A stretch of DNA of 64,000 nt from Octopus vulgaris (GCA_951406725.2 OX597815.1:187736001-187800000), one strand, 5' to 3'; positions 13,189 to 24,959 are shown, counted from the first letter of the stretch. Made by a program: numbers and translations. The notes: generated by a model not told the origin, from the letters alone.

Positions 13189-14014
13189 TTATTATTCCTC
13201 CTACTTCTTCTCTCTCCCTTTTCTTTCACCTTCTTCTTCTTCTTATTCCTCCTACTTCTTCTCTCTCCCTTTTCTTTCTTTCTTCTTCTTCTTCCTCCAA
13301 TTTCTCTCTCCTTTTTCTTTCACCTTCTTCTTCTTCTTCTTTTATTTTTTCTTTTTTTATTTTTCTTCTTCTTCTTCTTCCCCTCCTCCTTTCTTATCTT
13401 TCTCCTACTCCCTCCTCTTTTTCATTCTTCTTCTTCCCTCTCCCTTCTCTTCTCTTTCCTTCTCCCTTTCTCCCTCCCATTTCTCTCATCTTCCTCCTCT
13501 CCTGCCTTCTCTTCATTCGTCTTCTTCCCTCTCCTATTTCTCTCACCTTCCCTCCTCCCCTCCTCTTCTTCATTCTCCTTTTCCTCCTCCTTCCCTTTCT
13601 TCCCCTTCCCTTTCTCTCATCTCCCCTCCTCCTCCTCCTCCATTAAGGGACACTCTGCTGTTTATTTTCCAGTAGTTTCCTGTTAGTACATGATGTATAT
13701 TTTTTTTTTATTTCATCTTGATTTCATTGATATTAAAGTAATTTCCTCATCAATTATGCATATATGTCAGTATAAATGTTAATATATGTATCAGTGAACA
13801 TGTGTCTCCATAACAAACAAAAGATTTCTATGACAGTGTTGGTACATGTGATGTTTGTGTGCTTTTTCTTCTCCCCACCCTCTTTTCCAGCTATTTTTGT
13901 TGTTCCAAATATTTGATTAATATTATAAAGAAAAGGAAAAAATTTTAACTACCAGATATTGGTGTTATTGCTGAGCATTCCACCTACATAGGTATTACAG
14001 AATACTTATATGAG

Positions 14015-14274
14015 TATGCACGTATATATGTATGTGTGTGTGTGTTATATGTATGTATGTATATATGTGTATATGTACATATATATATATGTATGTATGT
14101 ATGTATATATATATGTATGTATATATGTATGTATGTATATATGTATGTATATATATATGTATGTATGTATATATATGTATGTATGTATATATATATGTAT
14201 GTATATATATATATGTATGTATACATATATGTTTGTATATATATGTATATATGTATGTATATATATATATGTAT

Positions 14275-14328
<54 letters not shown>

Positions 14329-14330
14329 GT
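14015..14330. repeat. (TA)n/(TATG)n microsatellite
   Basis: Direct runs. Confidence 0.95.
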
Positions 14331-14446
14331 TATCATCATTTAGTGTCCGCTTTCCATGCTAGCATGGGTTGGACAGTTCAACTGGGGTCTGGGAAGCTGG
14401 AAGGCTGCATCAGGCCCAGTCTTATCTGGCAATGTTTCTTCGGCTG
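14331..14446 (-). mobile_element. SINE-like family B, 3' part
   Basis: tccgctttccatgctagcatgggttggac... Confidence 0.8.
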
Positions 14447-14457
14447 TATATATATAC

Positions 14458-16026
14458 ATATATGTGAAATACTAAATAAGCAATCCAAAAGTATTTTCAC
14501 TCCACCCCTAGGGCATTTTCAAGTCAGCAGTCCAACTGACTTCTTTACCACTGCAGATGTAAAATCAGAGGCGGCGATGATTGATTACATCAATATAAAC
14601 GAAGACGATGTAATGGGGGCTATAGATGAAATGAAAACAAACTCAGCTGCTGGCCCCGATGGATTCCCAGTAATCCTTCTAAAAGTATGTAAGACAATCC
14701 TAGCAAGACCACTGCAGTTCCACTTTCAGAGCTCAACCATTCAAATGTGGAAGTCATATATCTCGACTTTGCAAAGGCCTTTGATAAAGTCAATCATGGA
14801 ATGATATGTCACAAACTGCGTGATCCTGGCATAGTTGGAAAATTGGGAGAATGGCTTCATGACTTTCTGAAGGATAGAAGCCAGGTGGTACTAGCCAATG
14901 GGGCTACTTCCATTAACACACAAATAGTGAGCGGTGTTCCGCAAGGCACTGTTTTGGGACCACTACTGTTCATAATGGCTCTCTCAGACATGCCCTCAGC
15001 CACGCAGAGAGCCATGATTACAAGTTATGCAGATGATACAAAAGTTTCAAAGGCAATACAGAACCCTGAAGACACTATGCACCTGCAATGTGAGCTGGAC
15101 AAAATATACAAGTGGGCTGAAAAGAATAGCATGCAGTTCAATGCTGAAAAGTTTCAAGCTTTATGCTATCAGCATGCAAAACTAAATGCAATACCCAATT
15201 AATACATTGGACCTGGAGGGATTGCAATCCCAGAGGCACAATCAGTGCAAGACCTGGATATTTACATGAGTGATGATGCAACCTTTCATGTGCATGTTGC
15301 TAAATTGGCAATGAAATGTAGGTGGCTGACCGGATGGATTCTTAGAACCTTTAGAACAAGAGACCAGGAAACCATGATGGTCCTCTGGAGGACACTTGTC
15401 CTAAGCCACTTTGACTATTGCTCTCAGCTATGGTCACCATCAAGTGTCAAGTTAATCACAGAACTTGAGGCGATCCAACGAAGCTACACAAAGAAGATAG
15501 TCTCTGTGCAGCATATAAACTACTGGGAAAGACTCAAGAGATTAAGACTCTATTCCTTAGAGCATAGGCGAGAAAGATATGCCATAATATACATCTGGAA
15601 GATCCTAGAAGGACTTGTCCCAAACTTTGGCATCGAGAGTTACACAAATACTAGAACTGGGCGCCACTGCATAGTGCCAAGGATTCCAAATTTGCCATCA
15701 AGATGTAGGACAAGATACTGTGATAGCCTGGGCTTCAGAGGCCCACAGCTCTTCAATATCCTCCCAAAGAACCTGAGAGACCTGCATGGGGTGGATGCAG
15801 ATGTCTTTAAAATAAAACTGGATCTCTTCCTGTCAGGTGTCCCAGATGAACCAACTTCACGGCAGGAGGTGCAGATGAGGGCAGTTGCATCGAACTCTCT
15901 CATGCACCAAATGGCAATTGCTAAAAAGCATTTGTGAAGTAAAATCATGTAGCAACACCAAATGGCGGTGCCCCAGCGAGGCCACAGCTCGTGAGCTGAA
16001 ACTAGATAAAATAAAATAAAATAAAA
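14458..16026 (+). mobile_element. 5'-truncated CR1-group LINE
   Basis: ORF2 remnant, 3' tail ggcggtgccccagc..ggccacagctcgtgagctgaaac and (TAAAA)n end. Confidence 0.92.
14460..15937 (+). pseudogene. LINE ORF2 reverse transcriptase pseudogene
   Basis: AAGPDG, YLDFAKAFDKV, SGVPQGTVLGPLLF, YADDTK and YWERL..L.LYSLE.RR motifs; internal deletion/frameshift near 14735 and stop at 15200-15202. Confidence 0.93.
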
Positions 16027-16080
16027 TATATATATACATGCATATATATATATATACATACATATTTATGTATTTATATA

Positions 16081-16475
16081 CTCTTTGCTCTTTTATTTGT
16101 TTCAGTCATTTGACTGTGGCCACGTTGGAGCACCACCTTTTAGTCAAACAAATTGACCCCAGGACTTATTCTTTGTAAGTCTAGTACTGATACTAGTGGT
16201 CTCTTTTGCCGAACTGCTAAGTTACAGGGGACAAAAACACACCAGCATCAGTTGTCAAGCGATGTTGGGGGAGGGGGGACAAACAGAGACACACAAATAT
16301 ACACACACACACACATATGTATGACGGGCTTCTTTCAGTTTCCGTTTACCAAATACACTCACAAGGCTCTGATTGGCCTGAGGCTATAGTAGAAGACACT
16401 TGCTCAAGGTGCCATGCAGTGGAACTGAACCCAGAACCATGTGGTTGGTAAGCAAGCTACTTACCACGCCGCCAC

Positions 16476-16478
<3 letters not shown>
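16081..16478 (-). mobile_element. SINE family A
   Basis: Matches family A. Confidence 0.9.
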
Positions 16479-16511
<33 letters not shown>

Positions 16512-16515
<4 letters not shown>

Positions 16516-16692
16516 AGAATTCACAAAAAAAAAAAAAAAAAGACGAAAACAGGTTGTGTAGACAACAAACAGATGTATTACCTTAACGCTCGAGAAGTGA
16601 GAAAATCCTTAACATTTCGAGCCTATGCTCGTCCACAGAAAGAAACAAGGAGAGAAAATAAAGAATGTGCAGTGATTAGCGATCTATCATGA
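16512..16692 (-). mobile_element. (TA)n-flanked Penelope-pLTR-like module with a variant hammerhead (16608-16642)
   Basis: Minus strand cttt-CTGTGGA-c-gagc-atag-gctc-GAAA-tgtt-aag; homologous to 38545-38690. Confidence 0.6.
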
Positions 16693-16716
16693 TATATATA
16701 TATATATATATATATA

Positions 16717-16915
16717 TCATCATCATCATCAGTGTCTGTTTTCCATGCTGGCATGAGTTGGATGGTTTGATTGAGGACTGGACAGCCAGGAGGCTGCACC
16801 AGGCTCCAATCTGATTTGGCAAAGTTTCTACAGCTGGATGCCCTTCCTAACACCACTCACTCCGAGAGGGTAGTGGGTGTTTTTTACATACCACCGACAT
16901 GGGAGCCAGTCAGGT
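16717..16915 (-). mobile_element. SINE-like family B
   Basis: Family B motifs and (CAT)n tail. Confidence 0.85.
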
Positions 16916-16924
16916 GGCCAGTCA

Positions 16925-16969
<45 letters not shown>

Positions 16970-16974
16970 CATAT

Positions 16975-17364
16975 TCTTTTATTTGTTTCAGTCATTTGAC
17001 TGGAGCACCTTCTTTAGTTGAACAAATCAGCCCCAGGACTTATTGTTTGTAAGCCTCGTACTTATTCTATCAATCTCTTTTGCCAAACCACTAAATCATC
17101 GGGTTGTAAAGACACCAACATCAGCTCTCTAGCAATGGTGGGTTGGGGTGGGGGACAAACACAGACACACAAACATATATACACACACACACACATATAA
17201 ACAACAGGCTTCTTTCAGTTTATATCTACCAAATCCACTCACAAGGCTTTGGTTGGCCTAAGGCCATATTAGAAAACACTAGCCCAAGGAGCCATGCAAT
17301 GGGACTGAATCCAAAACCATGTGATTGGGAAGCAAGCTTCTTAACACACAACCACTCCTGCACC
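16975..17364 (-). mobile_element. SINE family A (diverged)
   Basis: Matches family A. Confidence 0.85.
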
Positions 17365-17380
17365 TTTCCACATATATATA

Positions 17381-17416
<36 letters not shown>

Positions 17417-17440
17417 CATCAATATTATCATTATTATTAT

Positions 17441-17730
17441 TGATTTGACTTACGGTCGTTCTTATTCCTGATAGAATTTATGTAGGTAGTGGGTTACTGC
17501 CTGTAATCTTAGATATCCACAATTTTTCGATAGTCTTCAAGTGCTTAAGACCCTCTTGATAATCTTCCTGGTCCCTTAGAGACAAACTTTCTCTAGAAGC
17601 TCTACAGGACATTCTATTCCAGTCTCTATTCATCTATATCTTTATTTACATTTACCAGTGGATCAATTATTACAGACACAATCTTTACAGTTTTTACACT
17701 CCTAATTCTTTCAATTTCAAATTATTTTAA
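17441..17730 (-). mobile_element. 3' end of an R4/Dong-like (REL-endonuclease) non-LTR element
   Basis: Broken frame VKIVSVIIDPLVNV...ELLEKVCL*GTRKIIKRVL resembles VVPIVIGALG...LQKA.LLGTARI.RRVL; flanked by (TAA)n. Confidence 0.55.
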
Positions 17731-17865
17731 TTATTATTATTACTATTATTATTTGAAGTTGTTTGGTTTGGCCCAATGTAACTTTAAAGCTTTGTAGACT
17801 TCTTACAGGAACCTCGCTTACCAATCTCAGTTATATATATATATATATAAATATATACATATATT

Positions 17866-17982
17866 GGCCTGCTCGCTTAGCCAGCGGGTTGGCGTCATTC
17901 GAAGGCTAAAACAAAGCGAACGCATTGTGACCAGCGATGTGTAACAACATCTGATAGTCTGGTCAGTCATGTGATCACGTGA
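17866..17982. repeat. (TA)n-flanked ~115-bp structured module, copy 1
   Basis: Second copy at 46546-46656. Confidence 0.8.
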
Positions 17983-18147
17983 TATATATATATATTTATA
18001 TAGGTAGATATATTTACTCTCTCTCTCTCATACACACACACACACTCTCTCTCTCTCTACATATATATATATTTATAAGTATATAATATTTATATATGTG
18101 TGTTTATATACATACATAGATACATACATACAATGCTATAATTTCAG

Positions 18148-18262
18148 CGCAAAATGCATGAGTTGCAGCACAGACTTCAACATGACGGGTTGGGAATCTC
18201 TATCATGGTAACGCGTGCTGAGGAAGCTGGGGCTATTTTTGCCAGTCCAGAAACCGGTCCAT
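18148..18262 (+). CDS. Candidate host exon, product unknown
   Basis: Unique sequence between tttcAG and GTgagt; open frame RKMHELQHRLQHDGLGISIMVTRAEEAGAIFASPETGP; weak pyrimidine tract, no recognised homolog. Confidence 0.3.
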
Positions 18263-18590
18263 GTGAGTCCAAATACTTAAACGTACAATGGAAGATTGTC
18301 TGAGCCCGTTTGCCTTCAGATGGTTGATTTCTGTAGTTATTATCAGTGTATTTTGGTGATTTAAATAAGAGTTTTGACTGTTATTTCCATCAGGTAGACA
18401 TACTTAGTATGTCCTTTGATTAATTTTGTACACACACACACACACACACAAACACACAGGTGAGCACATAAGTGGAAAACGAGGTGGAAGAAATAGTACT
18501 CAAATACCAAAGTAGAGTAATATACTTTTTATTAAAGCTGCAAAATTATCACAAAATTATAATTATAATATTATAATTATGCAAAATTAT

Positions 18591-18632
18591 AACTGTTACT
18601 CAGAGTTTCATGTTCCCATTCATCTGACAGTT
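18591..18632 (-). ncRNA. Hammerhead fold with one core substitution
   Basis: Minus strand aactgt-CAGATGA-atg-ggaa-cat-GAAA-ctc-t-gag-TA-acagtt; U4 replaced by A. Confidence 0.65.
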
Positions 18633-20454
18633 GTGAGGAAATTCATTAAGATCTGAGATGCAAGATCTTTTCCACCCTGATGATGGAGGCTTGTCTTATC
18701 CAATGTAATTGCTTCCATTACTGCTGATATATTGTGATGAACTACATCTACCAACATTATGATGGATCTCCGAACCCACCAAAACTGCCGTTGGACTTAT
18801 AACACCTTTTGTCATCCTCATTAATTTTCCCTGTCGTTTGTACTCTGTGTGAGCTGAATTTATTAGTATAAACATCTATGTATTTATATTTAAGTATTCG
18901 TCGTCTGAAAGTCTCCGCTTTTTGCTTTCTCTCATTTTGAATGTATAAATATGTATTTTATACTTCATACCCAAATAGTTTTATTTAATATATCTAATTT
19001 GTTTATCCACATAATTGCCTCTATATCTGCTCAAATGAATCCCTCTTATAGCCGTTCTTTACCCTGAGGAATTGATCCCCTGGAAAGACATTAGAATCTA
19101 AGTTTGAATCTTTTGAGCACTACTACTAACTCTCTTCTATACTGAAAATCTCTGGATCTCATCTGTAGATTATATATATATGTGTGTGTGTGTGTGTGTC
19201 TATTTATATAAATGCCATTAAAGTTTCAATTTAGCTTTGAGAAACTTCAGTGAGCATTATAAAAAGCTAGTGAATTGAATTGCATGCAATTTGATTATGA
19301 ATATTTTAAAATAGGTGGGAGTGTAATGTAGAACCTTGAACAAGGTTAAATCAAAAGAAAAAACGTACAGACTCAAAATAAAAGGAAAACAAAATGATAT
19401 TCACATTTTTTCAGTTTGTGTGTGTGTGTGTATTTTCCCTTTAGACTTCAGCCAGCATGAGATTTTATAATTAAAAAAGAACAACCCACATTTTAAAATA
19501 TTTATATTCAAATTGTCTGAGGTTCAGTTCAGCAGCTTTTTGTAATGTCTAACCAAGCTATTTGGTGAGAAGCTTTTAGCTCACATAAGTCACACACCAG
19601 CCAATGTGATTGGCTTGACCATCTTCATGTCCGTATTTAAATTTCTTTTAGAAATATAGTCAAGTAGGGGTTCTAAGCTAGAATACTGAGACAGTTTTGA
19701 ATTCTAGTAAAACCTTGTAAGCTTCCCTCATAAATTTTATGCCAGAATCTTTTGTTAAGTTGCATGCCAAACACTGGTTTAATAATGACACAGTTATTTT
19801 AATAAATTGCTCTAAATTCTTAATTATTTCTAAATTTTTAATGAACATGACTACGCTTCGAAAAATTTTCTAAATTTATTAAAACACAGTTGCTGTCACT
19901 CTTTAAGATTGAGGTCATTGATTGTTGAAAGAGGCAGCTACAGATTCACGTCTCATTTAATGACATATGCTCTACATTAAAATTAAACAACGGCTTACAT
20001 TTAAATAAGTCTAACACATGATCATCTTCTCTGTACACTGTATTTTCCTCTCTGAGATTCCAGATATTTTATGAACATGGATTTACTCTTATACATTATA
20101 CTTAATCACTTCCTTAATCCCTTTTCAGTTTCAATCTCACCTGTTCTTCATTTGTATTAGTTTATTCAGGTTGCTACGAAAAGCCTTTATACGTAAATGC
20201 CTTTATATCAATATATAAAAACCTTTACATATAAAGGCTGGTTTCTATTGTTTAAGTGCATGTACATGCTTTTACATAAATCACATGGCATGCATATCTT
20301 AAGATGCTGGTTGCATGCTTGCTTGTATGCATCTATATTCATACACATACTCACACGCAATATTTATATATATGTATAGTATAAACTTAGTTGAGTGTAT
20401 ATGTGTGAGAGGAATGTATAATTCTGTTTACTCATTTACCCATTTACCCCTACG

Positions 20455-20748
20455 TTGTTGCCAGTGCCGCCTGACTGGCTCCCCCTGCCAGTGGCATGTA
20501 AAAAGCACCATCTGAATGTGGCTGATGCCAGTGCCACCTGACTGGCTCCCATGCTGGTGGCACGTAAAAAGCATCCACTACACTCTCAGAGTGGTTGACA
20601 TTAGGAAAGGCATGCAGCTGTAGAAACATTGCCAGATCAGATTGGAGCCTGGTATGGCCTCCTGGCTTGCCTGTCCCAAGTCAAACAGTCCAACCCATGC
20701 CAGCATGGAAAATGGACATTAAACAATGATGATGATTATGATGATGAT
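20455..20748 (+). mobile_element. SINE-like family B
   Basis: Two ggcac/tgtaaaaagca units, aggaa.ggcat.cagctgtagaaac, (GAT)n tail. Confidence 0.85.
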
Positions 20749-20971
20749 ATAAACTGATGTCACAAATATTCAATTTCACAGCTTCTGCATGATAGTCTGT
20801 ATGGGTCAAAGTGGCACTGTAACAGATATAGTCATAAATTACCCCTTTGCCCACCAGTATTGGAGTTATGAGCTGGTCGCCTTGATGCAGCACTGGTTTA
20901 AATGCCTCACGGGGATTTGTTCAAACTCTCTGCACTCTGCATTTGTATCCTGATGGAATTAACTTCGCTGC

Positions 20972-21205
20972 AAGGTGGCGAGCTGGCAGAATCGCTAGCA
21001 TGCTGGGCAAAATGCATAGTGGTATTTCATCTGCTGTTACGTTCTGAGTTCAAATTCCACTGAGGTTGACTTTGCCTTTCATCCTTTTGGAGTCAATAAA
21101 TTAAGTACCAGTTACGCACTGGAGTCAATGTAATCAACTTAATCCCTTTGTCTGTCCTTGTTTGTCCCCTCTATGTTTTGGTCCCTTGTGGGCAATAAAG
21201 AAATA
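20972..21205 (+). mobile_element. SINE family C (tRNA head, Meta-domain-like core)
   Basis: agctggcagaa...gagttcaaatt...gcctttcatcctttt.ggagtcaataaattaagtaccag; TSD ggaattaactt(c/t)gc. Confidence 0.9.
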
Positions 21206-21539
21206 GGAATTAACTTTGCCTGTTTTTGTTTGGGGTCATCATTCCAGAGCAGTAGTGTGTGCAAGCGCATATGTGTACATATGAACAGGCACGCTTATGC
21301 ATTTACTATGAACTTTTAACCTTATCTTAATTAGTGGTCATTCAAATTAGTGCTTTTGTATAAATAGCGGTCTATAACACAGTAATTTCCCTTTGTATAA
21401 CAATCTTTTTTCATAGCATTTTTCAGATGGCCAGATAACTGAAGAGATGGTGGTATGGATTTCCACCTCAGCATCCGAAACTCAGGATTTTATCTTGGCT
21501 ACCGAATAATTGTCACATATTATATTTACAGATATATAT

Positions 21540-21703
21540 ATGACGGACTTCTTTCAGTTCCCTTCAAAAAAATCCACTCACAAAGATTTGGTCAGCCTAA
21601 GGCTATAATAGAAGACACTTGCCCAAGGTGCCTTGCAGTGGGAATGAACCTGGAACTATGTGATTGGTAAGCAAGCTACTTACCACACAGCCACTCCTGT
21701 GCC
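21540..21703 (-). mobile_element. SINE family A, head only
   Basis: Matches the family A 5' half. Confidence 0.85.
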
Positions 21704-22059
21704 TACTTACCATCTTACTGTAAGTTTTGTTTAATTTTTGAAATGTAAAAATTTATTTTATAGTTTATTGTTGTTTATATTTTAAATGACATATATACCA
21801 GATTCTTCTAATTGCTTAGGGCCTCAATGGCACTTAATCCGGCCCTGCTTAAAGCAAAGGCCATACAACATGATGCAGTCTTTGATGCATTATTCCTGAA
21901 AAAGTATTCTGGTTTGTATTCCTCATAGTTTGTTAGTTTTTGTTGAAGAGAAATTGGGAAACCAAAGAGGACACACATAATTCATATGAGATCTAATATA
22001 TTGTTTGTACAATAATGCTGTTGTGTCTCTGTATCAACCAAATTGATATCTAATATATT

Positions 22060-22445
22060 ATTTTCTACTCTAGGCACAAGGCCTGAAATTTGGGGGAGGG
22101 AGGCCAGTCGATTAGATCAACACCAGTACACAACTGGTACTTAATTTATCAACCCCGAAAAGATGAAAGGCAAAGTTGTCCTCAGCGGAAGAGATCTGAT
22201 ATATTGTTTGTGCAATAATACTGTTGTTTCTCTGTGTTGACCAAATGCGTTACTTACCAGTGCTCTCTGTATATTGGTTTCAAATTTTGGCACAAGGCCA
22301 GCGGTTTCGGGTGATAGGGTAAGTCAATTACATCAATCCCAGTGCGTAACTGATACTTATTTCATTGATCCTGAAGGGATGAAATACTAAGTTGACCTCA
22401 GTAGAATTTGAACTCAGGAAGAAATACTGCTAGGCATTTTTTCCA
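22060..22445 (-). mobile_element. Two partial SINE family C copies (22060-22190 and 22275-22445)
   Basis: actggtacttaatttatc.accccgaaa.gatgaaaggc motif with ggcacaaggcc tails. Confidence 0.8.
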
Positions 22446-22560
22446 GCTTGGTAACAACTCTGAAACATGTTGCTTCTTTATATTCATGTCTTTTTCTTGG
22501 GGTGGGGTTCTTTACAATTTCTTCTACATGTGTTCTGGGAGAAATACTTTGAATTTTGTC

Positions 22561-22965
22561 TTTTTATTCTTTTACTTGTTTCAGTCATTTGACTGTTGCC
22601 ATGCTGGAGCACTGTCTTTCGAACAAATTGGCCTCAGGATTTATTCTTTGTAAGCGTAGTACTTATTCTATCAGTCACTTTTGCTGAAGTGCTAAGTTAC
22701 AGGGACGTAAACACACCAACATCGATTGCTGAGCGATGGTGAGGGGGACAAACACAGGCACACAAATACATACATGCATACACAGACACACACACATATA
22801 TATAATAGGCTTCTTTCAATTTCCATCTACCAAATCCACTCACAAGGCTTTGGTTGACCTGAGGCTATAATAGAAGACACTTGCCCAAGGTGCCACGCAG
22901 TGGGACTGAACCCAGAACCATGTGGTTGGTAAGCAAACTACTTGCCACACAGCCACTCCTGCACC
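22561..22965 (-). mobile_element. SINE family A
   Basis: Matches family A. Confidence 0.9.
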
Positions 22966-23551
22966 TCTGTGTATAGTGTGATGTTGGTTCCTTGGTATTG
23001 TAGCTAAAGAAGAGAGTGGACTTGGCTTTAATGTCACTTCTTTCTTCTGACCCCTTGCATAGATATCACCTAGGGGCCTGTTTGGGTTGATTTTTGAGTA
23101 AAATGATTATTTTATCAAATGTAATATTTTAAAAATTCATATTGTTTTAAATTTATCCTGAAATTATCTTGTAGCTATGAGACTTGGATAAAGTAGCTTA
23201 ATTTCTAGTTTAGAGCTGAAATTTTTGGCTGGTTAGTATAATGTTTGCGAAGGTGGGGGTTTCAGCTGAAGTGTCTGGATAGTATGGTGAGAGAGAAAGA
23301 TGTGATTGGGATGTCTTCTTTGTGTGAGGCTTTCTTTTATGGAGATTGAGAAAGGTCATTTACGTAGAAGTTAAGAAATGTTGCTGAGGATAGATATCCC
23401 TTTCAGGAAGTTGCAGATTGTAGATAAGCTTGCCAAAGTGACTGGCAGTTCACTAGCCAGTGTTTTGGTTTGTTTCTTAAGGACTTGTTGAGTATTGTGT
23501 GTATAAAAGGGTATTAGGAAATGGTTGATGTAATGGTATATGCAAGACTGA

Positions 23552-24202
23552 AAGGCGGTGAGCTGGCAGAAACGTTACCATGCCGAGCCAAATGTTTAGC
23601 GGTATTTCGTCTGTCTTTACATTCTGAGTTCAAATTCCGCCGAGGTCAACTTTACCTTTCATCCTTTCGGGGTCGATAAATTAAGTACCAGTTATGCACT
23701 GGGGTCGATGCAATCGACTTAACCCCTTTATCTGTCCTTGTTTGTCCCCTCTATGTTTAGCCCCTTGTGGGCAATAAAGAAATAAAGGCGGCAAGCTGGC
23801 AGAAACGTTAAGCACGCTGGGCGAAATGAGTAGCCGTATTTCGCCTGGCATTACATTCTGAGTTCAAATTCCGCCAAGGTCGACTTTACCTTTCATCCTT
23901 TTGGGGTTGATAAATTAAGTACCAGTTACGCACTGGGGTCGATCTAATCGACTCAATCCGTTTGTCTGTCCTTGTTTGTCCCCTCTGTGTTTAGCCCCTT
24001 GTGGGTAGTAAAGAAATAGGTATTTCATCTGCCTTCCCATTCTGAGTTCAAATTCCGCCAAGGTCGACTTTACCTTTCATCCTTTCGGGGTCGATAAATT
24101 AAGTACCAGTTACGCACTGGGGTCGATCTAATCGACTCAATCCGTTTGTCTGTCCTTGTTTGTCCCCTCTGTGTTTAGCCCCTTGTGGGTAGTAAAGAAA
24201 TA
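23552..24202 (+). mobile_element. SINE family C head-to-tail trimer
   Basis: Units at 23552, 23785 and 24019 (third lacks the head); single TSD ggtatatgcaaga at 23535-23547 and 24203-24215. Confidence 0.9.
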
Positions 24203-24672
24203 GGTATATGCAAGATTTTTGTAGCTGTTGCTGCTGCTGTTGTTGTTGAAACCATTAAGTATTTCTTGTATAAGACTTGAAGTAGTAATACAGTGGTTGA
24301 ATGTAGCAAGCTGTGATTTACTGGAGAGAGTGTGTGAAGGTGTAATATGAGCTTTTCTAAAATGTTTGATGGGTTTCAATGATAGTACTTAACTTAAGCT
24401 TTTGTTGGACTTCAAAAAATTATGCCAAGTGCTGACCTTATTTACATAGCAGTGTAAAACTAGCCCCTCACGTTAATTGATAGGATTACTGACACAACAT
24501 GTTTTAACAGTAGTATTTACTAAGTTCTCTCAGAAGCTAGGAGGAAGTAAACACCTCCTGACAATGCTTTAACCAAATGGAAACTGGAGTTTAGGATCAC
24601 CTTTCCTGGTTGTTGATATCCCTGTGGATTAATGACAGCATCTAGTTTCACAACTAGGTTAGATGTCCAGTG

Positions 24673-24720
24673 TAATTTAGAAGACCTTTTAGAATTTAAA
24701 CTATACATGAAATTATTGTT

Positions 24721-24759
<39 letters not shown>

Positions 24760-24797
24760 ATATGTATATTTTGTAACAAAGAAATAGTAATTTCATA

Positions 24798-24837
<40 letters not shown>

Positions 24838-24959
24838 CATATATATACACACATACATATATATACACACATACATATATATATGTATGTATGTATATAG
24901 TGTATCAAAGAAATAGTAATTTAATACATTGTTTAAATTCTAAAAGGTCTTCTAAATTA
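24673..24959. repeat. Perfect 29-bp inverted repeat around a TA/CA microsatellite
   Basis: taatttagaagaccttttagaatttaaac (24673-24701) / gtttaaattctaaaaggtcttctaaatta (24931-24959). Confidence 0.85.

Noticed and set aside
12696-13646. 316-aa ORF with poly-Leu and the antisense poly-Lys ORF
   Set aside because: Translation of (CTT)n and a pyrimidine tract; no domain.
23040-23530. Penelope-like RT remnant on minus (also 56050-56620)
   Set aside because: Only vague motif echoes; needs a frameshift-aware HMM search.
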